Made by a program: the position numbers and the translations under genes | Part shown: piece after piece, positions 11,002 through 21,292 of the stretch | Layout: each line of letters starts with the position of its first letter | Position numbering within the stretch: the stretch's first letter is position 1 | NCBI GenBank assembly: GCA_002256025.1 | Contig: NKIB01014752.1 | Location: 1-40,825, forward strand | Length of the DNA: 40,825 nucleotides | Direction: 5' to 3' | Origin: Asterionella formosa | Lineage: Eukaryota | Notes under the pieces: generated by a model | Database searches by the model: none | What the model saw: only the letters and a program-made list of their open reading frames with translations | What the model was told of the DNA's origin: nothing

Positions 11002-13350
11002 CTATATGAAGAGTGATATGAGCATATCGGCCATGGAAAATACAATGAAGAAGGCTAGCACAGGAATGAACAGCACCATCATGATGAATACATTTTGGCT
11101 TAGCCACCATTTGCTGATCTTGTGCGGAATATCGATCCAAGTCGATATGCCTTCGGCTGTGTATGTTTCGCCAATTAATGCAGGGAATAGCCGAGTCAAT
11201 ATTCGGTGAGGCGATTGGGATGCATGTGCAAGCCATTGGAATGTGAATGGAGTCTTCCAGTTCCCTAAAACGAGTCGATGTGAATCTTGAAAGGCAATAT
11301 AGTTTGAGGCCATGACGTCACTCACGACAATTGTCCCGGAGAAGGTGAAAGGTGCATATACTCCGTTACGAGTGACTGTGTTGATGTGTGTTACAGTGAC
11401 AAGGTCGCCTGTACCTAGCTGAAGCCGGTCTCCGACTTTAATCGATGATGCTGGAACACTGTATCCACCTTCAACCACGACCATGTGGTCATTGGTGATC
11501 TCAAGTCCTGATGGAAGAAGCTGAAGAAACTTAGTGGTGATAGATGTGTGACGATGCCCAAAGCTATAGACTTTGTCGTAAGTGTTTTTTGCAACCAAGA
11601 TCTCATCGCCAATCTTGAGGTCTTGCATCAGGATGGTACCATTATCTTTGATTTGAATCTTATTCTGTCCAGAAAAGCAAGATTGATCGACACCAGGGGC
11701 TTGAGAGATTACTGGAAGGTTAGTACCTACGCAGTTTCTTGATTGGCCGGAGCTGGAATCATAGATACTAATATCCATCTTGTCGACAAGGCCAGAGACG
11801 TATTGTCTACACACCTCGACAACATATGTCTTGCCGCCGATCGTATGGGTGAACTTTGAGTTGGACGAATCAAGTTCTGCTTGGAGGTAGGTGCCGGCAG
11901 CATGTTTCAGGACAATAACAAGCTTGTTAGAACCTGTTTCGGTACCAACGTTAAACGATATGGCTTTGTTGTACTGCATGTAGAGATTGTGCAACTTGAC
12001 TATAGCATACCCACCCCCTGTTTCAGCGAATGAAGAAACGGTGCCTTCCCAAGCGCCTGTGGACGAGGGGTTTATGTCGATTCTCCTGTTCATATACCAC
12101 CCAAGGGTCCAATCTGGTGACATGTAGATCTAGTTAGTCAACAAGGACTTGGATAAACGGTAGAGTGTCACGGCAATTCACACCCAATACTTACGATTCT
12201 CGGCATTGAAGCATTTCGCTGGGAAACGTTGTTTGAACGTTCCAACGCCCATGTATCCTGAATTATCTCCGTCTGAACGAGTCAGCGTGCGTACCAAGGA
12301 CGAATATGATGAGTCCCATGCATCCAACATGTTCTAAGGATTTGCAGCACATTCCTTCGAAAAACTTACATTCATCATCATATGTACTGCTATGAAGGAG
12401 TCCGAAGTTATGACCCAGTTCGTGAACAGCCAATGATACTCTCTCACAAATCTGGTCTGAATACCAAGAGATAGCACCGCCGACGTAAGCGGCACTGACA
12501 AAACCGGTAATGGTTAGCTTAGGAAAGCAGATCATAAGGTGGTCAATGTCCCCTGCATTTCCTGTTCCAAAGCTACCATATAAGGCTTTGAATTGAAAGG
12601 GTTGGTTGGAATTTTGGAAATCAAATTTTTCGTCTTTCATGTTACATGTGAACAACAGTTCTTACCTTCTGCCTTGGTAACGATCTTGTCTAAGAATGCA
12701 TCACGAGAGTATGCATTGAGATCGAAAGCAACAGTCATCCTGGCAACTCCTCCAACTACTCCTTGTGCAGTGGCTGGCAAAATAGCCTTTACTCCCTTTG
12801 AGCAATCGCGAAAAACAGTAGCGACGGTCGGAGATTCAGTCCCAAAAATGTAGTTTGACACGTCCGAAGGAGTGGACGACTGAGGGTTGCTAGGAGAGTC
12901 AATGAGCAACACCAAGACTGTTGAGGCTCCAGTGGTCTTGAGTGCCATACGGCGACGACGGTGAAAGTCAGAGGATTCGACAATTGAGAGCGTAGCACCT
13001 TGAGGGATCACAATTTGATTTCCCATGTATTCGTCCTCAATAGTTGTGGCTCCAGGAATATGTATGCACGTTTGGCCTTGAACAAGGTGGACCTTGTTGT
13101 CGGTTAAAAAGTCAGCAGGTAACTCGATTTTGTACATGTTTCCAGTAACACCACTTGGGTCACTGGTTGGATCGGTTTCGCATGATATGGTTCGCTTACC
13201 GCGAAGGGCACCTGTCGTCGCATTTTGATAAATACTCTCAGCAACTCGGAGACAACAGGAAATGCCATCAACGCTCTCCAATCCTCGAAGCCCGCCTGCA
13301 GATACTGCTGCCAATAGGCACAGTGAGGTAGCAATACTTAATTGAAGCAT
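11002..13350 (-). CDS. Secreted M11 (gametolysin-like) metzincin fused to a Hedgehog-type Hint domain and C-terminal hydrophobic/TM segment; exons 13350-12666, 12585-12370, 12272-12195, 12113-11002 (~696 aa)
   Basis: Three GTAAG...AG phase-1 introns give one continuous frame: signal peptide + 'GLRG', 'HRRRR' propeptide end, zinc motif 'HELGHNFGLLHS', Met-turn region 'EYGDNSGYMG', 'CFNAENHWTLGW', then 'QS|CFSG...MQDLKIGDEILV...ITNDH...GVYAPFTFSGTIVVSDVMASNY' and a hydrophobic tail. Confidence 0.88.
11299..11679 (-). other. Hint (Hedgehog/intein) autoprocessing domain within the 11002-13350 gene
   Basis: N-terminal nucleophile Cys ('CFSG', codon 11679-11677), block-B 'TNDH', 'PASSIKVGD', and Hog-type C-terminal strands 'GVYAPFTFSGTIVVSDVMAS'. 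Confidence 0.88.
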
Positions 13351-14604
13351 ACTTAAGATTTCAATTACCTTTCGATTGTCTCTTTTGATTCGAATAATCG
13401 TTTTTGTGAGATGATCCGTAAAGGTATGTGCTGCAAAAGATTTGATGAGGTAATATTGCCGCGAATGTGCAGCAGTGTGACATGATATACCGGTCTGCTC
13501 GAGTTACATACCGTTATCCTCTCTGTATAGTTTTGGATATATCGTAATGAGACTCCATGTATTTTTGTCAACTCCCACTAATGTCACCCTAAATATTTTT
13601 ATCGACTCCTATTTTATTTAAATGTAATTAGTTGACCATGACCGCATTGGTGTTTACCGGTATGCACTGCATATTTGTATACATAGTAATATCATGTATA
13701 TACACAATTCTGAATTAATCAAGGTAGATGAGCCATAGAAGGGTACCTGGTACCAGGTACCATGTACCACACCGTGGTATCTTTTCTATCGACATGGTTG
13801 TTCTACCTGGTACCTTGTACCTCAAATATTCTAATCATATCGGGTTGGCATTTGTTCTCGTCCCGCGTATTTATGAAGATTTTACCGTTGTAGGTTTACA
13901 CATTTGTTGATAACATACAAATACGCTTATATGCATTTGTCTATGTATCTCAATCATGCAAGCGTACCGGTACTTGCTGGATGCGACAAGGGCGGCAAGC
14001 GACATAATTTCTTCATATTACGTAGAATCATTCTTGACTAGATACCAATCGACTCCGAAAATATTCGTTCAAGATATCATCCTTTGTTGTATTTATGTCT
14101 CTATGTAAAACAGACCGAAACCATCACTTCTTACATTCAAATCCGATCATCCAGTCCATGATCCCGCTCCTCCAAATGAAAGGACGAAGTGAATCGGAGT
14201 TGGCTTTTTCAGCACAAGCCCCCTCGTTGGACGATGCATGTGTGTTTGTGTCACGTGATGATAGCATTATATTGTTTCCTTTCATTAAGAAGTTAGGCAT
14301 CCAGGATTGTGCTAGTACCAGGTACCCAAATTAGGACGAGCCCTCACGTTGTGATAGCGCCTTGCTTTGTACTCGAGCTGTCGAATCACCCGCAGAAGAA
14401 AACTATTATATTGATGCTTTATTACTCTTGTCTTCGTGAATTAGAAAATCTGGTATCCGCGGAAACGTTTCATGGGAGAGTTAGTAAACGATTGCACGCA
14501 CAATAAAGAGACTACTGATATAGCAAGGAAATCGACGAGTGGGTTACTTCTCGTTAATACTAATATTAACTAGAAGAGACATAGAAAGACTGGAGGCGAG
14601 TAGG

Positions 14605-16683
14605 CTACTTGAGATCATGTTTTCCTCGGTGGTCACGTCTAAATCTCCCAATCATTAGCCTACACAAATGGCCACAATGGTCATGGTGAGTGGCGAAGAA
14701 CATTGCACAACCTTTTCTACCTCGATCAGTCCTACCGTGAACGAATCGCCTGTCCTCGCGACGATGATTGTAATAGTGAATTACGGGATCAGAGAATTTC
14801 AAAATGTTCTCTTTCTCGTCAAATATTCCCTGCAAGTCGCATACGAGGCGCTTCCTTCCTGTTACAAAATAGGTGAAGTGCGAGAAAGCCTGTGCAACTT
14901 CTGATGGCGTGAAAACAATCGGATGTTCGACATTTCTTTCGTCATCTTCTTCGTCCTCATCCTCGCTTCCTTCTTCAATGTCATTGAGGTCTGACGAATT
15001 GAGATTGGCCATGGCATCGCGCATCGCCTCGTTGGAAAACGTTGGCGAGGCCTTCATTCCCTCAACATACCCATTGTTCATGTTCCACTTGTGCCATTTG
15101 TGATAGTCTAGACGTTCCTCAACTAGAACACTCAAAATCCCCAAATTATTATCGTTGAGTTGATAAACAGAGCAATCAAGAAAAGTCACTTGCGGTGTCG
15201 CTCTGTCGATACGGCGCCTTGTTGACATCTTCTTATTGAATTTAGCTGCAAGGCTGCGTGCGATTTGCTGTGCCTCGCAAAATTGCATCGAGAACTTTTT
15301 TCTTGAATTTTCACCCATGCCCTCCTCGAGGATGAGCCTACTCTCTTTTGCCACCAACGGGGCTCCGACAATTGTTCGACCATCCCTTGCAAGCTCGAAA
15401 AATCGATAGGCGAACCGTTCCGCTCCTTCACCAAAAGCTTCTTTGTGCATCGCAACAAATTTCGCGCCGCAATGCTGAAGGCTTGCTGCCACAAGTGCCT
15501 TGTTGCGTCTACCATCGTGAAACGACTCTTCGTAAACAAATCGCCTCACATTATCCAATTTATAAATCCAGAACTGGTCAGAACAAACAAAGCTAATTTC
15601 TTCGCTTGCTTTTTTTCGTGACTCCCTCAACACATTCCTTACACATTGCTGCTGGAGGGTAGCAACATCCGTCATTTCCGATTTCGTCGTAGTAACAGAC
15701 GTTGCCACTGAGGAGAAGGCGTCGCCTATTGATGAACATGTCAAGGAAGGTAATCGAAAGATTCCCACTGCACCGAAATCGGATGCAATATCTACCATTG
15801 CTCGTAATGTGTCAAAGTCATGAGAGTTCCCAATACCAATCGTGGCAAACGTGAGTCGCCGACCAAACTTCTTTGCCAAGTCCCCCACAACTTCAGTAAT
15901 TCTCGCATTCATTTCTTCTCTCGAGAAAGCCTTTGTCCCCATTAAGTCAGATGGTCTACCATCCGACAGAAAGCAAATAGCTAATGCACACTTGGTGTTT
16001 GAATTCCGAGTCAGTAGGTCTTCTGCCACTAGCAAGCTTGGAATATATGGTCCATGACCTCGAGCAGGAAAGCTTTTCTCCTTGTATATGTGAAGGATAC
16101 GATTGTAGAGTATCCAAGAAGCAGGTTGCTCATGGATTAGAACTTCAACATGGTCCGAAAACGACACCACGGAAATAACGTCTTGCGAGCATAGTTCTCC
16201 AGTTTCAAGTCGATGGGCAAGGAAATCCAAAGCAACGGCAACCCAAACGGCATCTAGCCGCGATCGTGTTCCCCATACATCGCCACACCTCATGCTTCCA
16301 CTCCTATCAACAACCAGGACAGTGTTGGACAGCCACGAGTTCATATCCGACCTGATCGTTCTGAGGGCTTGGTCATGCTCTCGTTGTAACGCGTCGTTGA
16401 TCGGTACGTACTCAAGTTCCAATGGAACAGAGTAGGATGTGACCTCCTCGCCAGTGATATCGTTGGTGATGTATACAATATCCTTGTAGGTGTAAATGGA
16501 TGTTGGATCTCCATTCGGTCTTGGGTGAGTTGACCTCGTTGAACCATACTTTTTTGCTGCTTGAAGATCTTTCTTGTCGATCCCCCTTTGTTGTCGTCTC
16601 AATCTTCCGTGTTCTGTTTCCACAAAGCTTATTGCAGAGGTCGGGACTTGATCTAGATTCCTCCTCATCCTTGTTGCCTCCAT
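14605..16683 (-). CDS. Alpha-kinase (eEF2K/MHCK family) with vWA domain and N-terminal DUF4258-like module
   Basis: 692-aa intronless ORF. vWA MIDAS 'VVDRSGSM' and 'FLSDGRP'. Alpha-kinase motifs 'FGEGAERFAY', 'VAKES', 'VEERL', 'KWNMNNGYV', 'AQAFSHFTY', 'VCDLQG', 'SDPVIH', 'GRTDRGRKG', Zn ligands 'HHDHCGHLC'. N-terminal 'TEHGRLRRQQRGIDKKDLQAAKKYG'. Confidence 0.9.
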   Translation of the reverse strand: MEATRMRRNLDQVPTSAISFVETEHGRLRRQQRGIDKKDLQAAKKYGSTRSTHPRPNGDPTSIYTYKDIVYITNDITGEEVTSYSVPLELEYVPINDALQREHDQALRTIRSDMNSWLSNTVLVVDRSGSMRCGDVWGTRSRLDAVWVAVALDFLAHRLETGELCSQDVISVVSFSDHVEVLIHEQPASWILYNRILHIYKEKSFPARGHGPYIPSLLVAEDLLTRNSNTKCALAICFLSDGRPSDLMGTKAFSREEMNARITEVVGDLAKKFGRRLTFATIGIGNSHDFDTLRAMVDIASDFGAVGIFRLPSLTCSSIGDAFSSVATSVTTTKSEMTDVATLQQQCVRNVLRESRKKASEEISFVCSDQFWIYKLDNVRRFVYEESFHDGRRNKALVAASLQHCGAKFVAMHKEAFGEGAERFAYRFFELARDGRTIVGAPLVAKESRLILEEGMGENSRKKFSMQFCEAQQIARSLAAKFNKKMSTRRRIDRATPQVTFLDCSVYQLNDNNLGILSVLVEERLDYHKWHKWNMNNGYVEGMKASPTFSNEAMRDAMANLNSSDLNDIEEGSEDEDEEDDERNVEHPIVFTPSEVAQAFSHFTYFVTGRKRLVCDLQGIFDEKENILKFSDPVIHYYNHRREDRRFVHGRTDRGRKGCAMFFATHHDHCGHLCRLMIGRFRRDHRGKHDLK

Positions 16684-16927
16684 ATGATTTTGTTGTTTTG
16701 TTTGGTTGCTGATGCTTGGCTCAGTGTGATGGATGAATGAATGAAAAATTAAGGCCTTCTAGTATATACTATTACCGGTAAATAGACCACTGGGATTACT
16801 TTCAGTGTGGTTGACAATTTTGTAATGTAGTAAGAAGATTTTCTGACTTGTGAGAAAAGCAAGAACTCTCATCACCACATCAGCCTCACAATGACGATGT
16901 ACGCTTTGATTAAAAAATGAGATATAG

Positions 16928-17084
16928 TTTCATGGATGATGCAGGAAATGAAATATTCAATGTTACATACATGCAGTATTAGTAAGTATACTATGATACT
17001 GTACCGTTTCATGTATGATGCAGGAAATGAAATATTCAATGTTACATAGATGCAGGGTTAGTAAGTATACTATGATACTGTACC
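16928..17084. repeat. Tandem duplication, 2 x 79 bp
   Basis: 'tttcatg(g/t)atgatgcaggaaatgaaatattcaatgttacata(c/g)atgcag..ttagtaagtatactatgatactgtacc' starts at 16928 and again at 17007. Confidence 0.9.
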
Positions 17085-17097
17085 AGATACCGAGTAA

Positions 17098-17200
17098 CAG
17101 CAAGTTGCGGTATTTGTGATGAAAATAAAAATTGAGCTATCTTTATCTGATATTTGTTAAGAAATGTCTTTTACGCTAAGCAAATGACCGCAACTTGCAG
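17098..17200. mobile_element. Short TIR-bounded element (MITE-like); a further copy of the same terminus occurs at ~18361-18387
   Basis: 'gcaagttgcggtatttg' (~17100) and 'gcaaatgaccgcaacttgc' (~17180) are inverted; 'cagggagcaagttgcggtcattttgc' occurs at 18361. Confidence 0.45.
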
Positions 17201-18550
17201 GACCTGGACTATACCGGTATATCATTGACGTATACCGGTATTTGATATGTATTGAGATTTTATTAGTTACAACATACTACCAGTGAATCGGTTGGGACGG
17301 AAGTTAAGGTAAACAAGATATTTAGCTTTGTTTTCCTCATAGTATAAAAAGGTTTCGAACGTCAGTACCGGTATATAATTAAAATGATAGACTTTGTGTC
17401 TCCTTTTATATCATACATATATACCTTGTTAGTATCTTGTTCCTAGAGTTTCCTAGAGTTGAATACCAATTAAGATGTGTCCAGAAATCTACTGGTAGTT
17501 CATTCGTGATTTCTCAGTCAATGGTCAATGTTTCCATTGTGGTTGCTTATGGAAATTGCAAATATATGACATATTCTCTATTTCAAGAAGTTATTGAGTC
17601 CAAACCTTCCAACATGCTATTCCTATCTCAACTAGCTAACCTTCATGTTGTTGCTTTCATTTGTATTTGGTTTCAACTTTTACCTTGTTCCTTTTCAAAT
17701 TAATTTACTATTTTTCCATTTCTTTGATTTTTCTTCTGTCATGATGACTACCAATTTGTACACTTCAATCACCTGCTAGCTAGGTGCTGGTTACCTGGTG
17801 GTGCCCTGAACAAAATTTCTTTCCTGATTGTAATGCCCAGAAGAACATGATATTGTTGATATTTAAATCCAGATTTTTTGCTGCCTGCAGTTTGCTTTGT
17901 TAACTGAAAAGAGGATCCACACCTTTGGCAAGGAATACAAACTTTTAGCAAGGTTTGAGTTGAATTTGAGGCCTAATCAGCAAAATGAAAAGTGAGGACA
18001 AACAATCATGATGGGAGCTGAGAAAACATCATGTCAGTGAGCATGGGTGCCAATTTTTGTAAGTCAAGTTGCCACAACATGGCACCTTTGGTATTTTGTT
18101 TCATATTTGGCATCCTCAATGCCAATCAATTATCATTAATAGAAAATGAGATGCAATGTGAGCAATAAGTACCTTGTACCATGCTTCTGCAGTCGGATCC
18201 TGAAACGATTCTTTTCTGAACAAATTCAATAGAAAAAGAATGGATACTGGTATGTAGCTATTGTGCTACCAAAACGCTCATACTCTGTCCGAGCACATGG
18301 TGCTAGTACCGTATACACATTTTAGCACCAGGGCGGTATAATATCATACCGGTAGACTAACAGGGAGCAAGTTGCGGTCATTTTGCTGAAATGGAAAATG
18401 TGACACAGGACAAGAATTCAAAATGACCAAATAGCGAATGTCATCAACTCTCGTCTTCGAGTCGACAGTATCACAACTTATTATTGACTTAATAATTATT
18501 TCGTCTAAACACAGAAACGTCAAAACGAGGCAAGTGGTTGAAAAAAGAAA

Positions 18551-19476
18551 ATGATCATGCAGGCTGCATTACAATTCTTCAAGCACAAGTTGGTTGAGAA
18601 TTTTACTCTCATAGGTTTGGAAAAAAGCAAAGTGGATCCCTGTGCGTTTTTCAAGAAGAAACAGGGTGAGATGATACTGATCATTGGCACCACTCATAAT
18701 GATGATTGTCCCAATATTCAGTGGCTCAAATATTTGATCAAGAAATATTTTACCATCAAGGAACTCTGCATTCTACATAAACACTTAGATGTGTGGTACG
18801 AGTGGGGTGAAGACACAAACGGTCAATATTTAGAAGTGAGCATGGAAGATTTTGTGACAGCTATGATTAAAGACTTCAAAACATTGTTTAAGAAACTACC
18901 ACCACGCACAGCAATGATCCCGGCTCTTCCAGATAAAATCTTTAGAAAGAATGATGGGAATAGTATTCTAGCTAAACAAAGAATATAGTTCCATGGTTGG
19001 GAGGCTGCTATATTTTGTGAAGAAGGTTGGTCCACCAGTACGTTCCAATGCATGTCAAGAACTATGTCAAGAACTATCTCAATACTTGGAAAATCCGGGG
19101 AGAAGCGCAATGGAACGCTGTGGAAAGGTTGCTTATATTTATGGATATATGTAATTGCAAATTAAAAATGAGACCACCTCGAGCAATGAGAGGCAGTTCA
19201 AGACTTTGTGGATTGTTTATTTGGTGACAACCCTGATACTCGGAAGTCAACAATTGCCTACATGGGAAAAATTGGCGGTTTGCCTCTGCTTTGATTAATT
19301 GGATTTCAAAAGGTCAACCAATTGTGACAGTATCAAGCACTGAAGCTAAATATGTGGCTTTATCTGATGGATCTAAAGAGACAATGTTTATTACAAATCT
19401 ACTTGCTGAGGTGACCAATGTGATAATGCCAAGTCTCCTGTCTGAAAATAACACTGGTGCAATTTTCTATGAATGA
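18551..19476 (+). pseudogene. Degenerate Ty1/copia (CoDi-like) reverse transcriptase-RNase H fragment
   Basis: 'KSKVDPCAF', decayed YVDD ('THNDDC'), 'FTIKEL', 'VGRLLY', 'GDNPDTRKST', 'INWISKGQPIVTVSSTEAKYVALS', 'ENNTGAIF', spread over several frames with stops and frameshifts. No LTRs or gag seen. Confidence 0.88.
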
Positions 19477-19607
19477 AAAATAAGGCCTAATAGTTTATAC
19501 TACTGGTAAATAGACCACAGGGATTACTGCCAGACAGATCCGTTAAAACACGGTTCATGATTCAGCTAAATATCTCGATATCTGGACCTTGCCTGGGTAG
19601 ACTCTCA

Positions 19608-19830
19608 GGTACCTGTTACCAGGTACCAGGTACCGTACAAACAAATATTTTATGGTTACCGGTATTATACTACCGGTACTCTGTACCAGGTACCTTGTAG
19701 CATGTATTGCATCGCCTATTCATATGCGTGGTGCATAATGAAATATACACCCAGTACATACCGTCGACGGTACCAGGTACCTGGTACTTTGTACCCTGGT
19801 ACAAAAACAGGTACCTGGTACCGTACAGTA
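19608..19830. repeat. (GGTACCW)n / TACCGGTA palindromic low-complexity array; similar clusters at ~353-475, ~1697-1720, ~13741-13820, ~14314-14326, ~30415-30530, ~30708-30723
   Basis: For example ggtacctgttaccaggtaccaggtacc, ggtaccaggtacctggtac and aggtacctggtacc. Confidence 0.85.
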
Positions 19831-20138
19831 CCAGTAGCACCATCAACGAATCATTCCGACTTCAACTTGTTAGTATTGTTGCTACAAAGGAATAAGTATG
19901 TAGGTTTAGTGCTAGTACTATTTCCTCGTTGCTACGTGTCACTTCCTAAGAGCAAGGAGCTAACCACACTATGCTACCTGGTACCTAGTATGTACTACTG
20001 GAAAATATGAAAATTCCTATTTATGGTGTACGGTAGTTCATAAATTGCGATAACTCCCATTACTTTCGTACCCGTCGACAGTTCCTGGTTATATACAGCG
20101 AACTTGAGCGTGAGGCACACCAACTCTTCTTCTCTACA

Positions 20139-20611
20139 ATGTCAATGAACAATATGATGCTCGCTCAATTGATGCAGGTACGATCATTGCTACAAGAGTG
20201 CTGAGCTAATTCCGATTCTTGAACAATTGAACTTTTCGAGAATAATCGCATCTCACTTTTCACTTGCCATACTTTTTTCAGGACATGCAAGATCCTGAAC
20301 TCATGAGAGAAGCTCAAAAGATGATGCAATCGCCTGAGTTTCAGGCACACATGAAGAAGATGCAACAGAACCCTCAATTCCAACAATCCATCAAGCAAAC
20401 CAAAACCTTGATGAAGGATCCGAAAAAAGTCAAGGAAATGGAGGAACAAATGAAAAAGGCTGTCGAAGTGGGAGCGAAACAGCTCGAAGAAGCCAAGAGG
20501 CAAGCAGCAGCAACAACGGATGGGAAATTGGAAGGAGGAAATGATAAAAAAGAAGCTGTTGTTGACGAGGACGATGATGATTTGAAGGTCCCTGATATCA
20601 ACCTCTGTTAA
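20139..20611 (+). CDS. Small STI1/DP-repeat (Met/Gln-rich helical co-chaperone-like) protein; exons 20139-20177 and 20282-20611 (~122 aa)
   Basis: 'acaATG TCA ATG AAC...ATG CAG|gtacg...ttttttcag|GAC ATG CAA GAT CCT' (phase-0 intron 20178-20281). Repeats 'MQDPELM', 'MMQSPEF', 'MQQNPQF', 'LMKDPKK'; acidic tail. Confidence 0.75.
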
Positions 20612-21292
20612 ACGCAAAGTGCTGTAAATACTCATATTCGTTTTGTGCCTCGCCGGCTTTTTGAAGAAAGAATAACTTCGAGATATTTCCCTTGAATTTA
20701 TATTGTAGGTTTGAAACAAGAGAATTGAGAGTATTTATTGTCTATAGATAGAAACTCAAGGCAACAGCCCATCTGCAATGACAATTTATGGCTTTATTGT
20801 CGCAATTACAGTAGACTTTGTTCAGTTCTTGGTGGGGAAATATCCCGATTCGGTCAAAGATAAGGATTGTTGTAAATTGTCCTTAGCATATTGTGCGCAA
20901 GGTTAAGGCATAATTAGAGGTGGCGCGAGTTATATGTATCCTTAAAGTGGCGGATCTCGTATTGATATTTATTGCGCATGGCTACCGGTACTCCGTTTCA
21001 AATCTACAAGTGACAAGTATGCAGAGAAGCAAGGAAATGCTGATGTCGATTCATGAATGGCCTTTTTACCAGCTTAAATAGATTCTTAAGTTGTTCATGG
21101 CGAGTTTAACAGCAATTCTTGTCTAACTGCTGGCCAACTGCTATCGGCCCCTTGTATTCTACACTCACAGCGTTTCCAGTTCTTCACGAAACCTATTATG
21201 CGTTATGTATGTGCTTGGAACACGATGACAAGCCAGAAAACCCATTGCTAATGAAAAGTTATTGAACTGTACTAAATGATACAAGTGTTTGA

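Noticed and set aside
11299..11679. True protein-splicing intein
   Set aside because: Hog-type 'GVYAPFT' ending, no penultimate His, +1 residue is Tyr, and it is not inserted within a conserved host domain.
11002..16683. Adjacent Hint gene and vWA gene as a split Vint/Hedgling-like system or operon with PolX
   Set aside because: They are separate eukaryotic genes ~1.25 kb apart, one secreted and one cytosolic. Adjacency alone gives no evidence of functional linkage without conserved synteny.
16739..19528. LTR pair of the copia element
   Set aside because: The repeats are only ~60 bp, lack TG...CA ends, PBS and PPT, and the right copy cuts into the RNase H coding region.
19608..19830. CRISPR array or telomeric repeat
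   Set aside because: No constant-length repeat-spacer structure, no cas genes, eukaryotic context, and the motif is not TTAGGG-like or strand-asymmetric.
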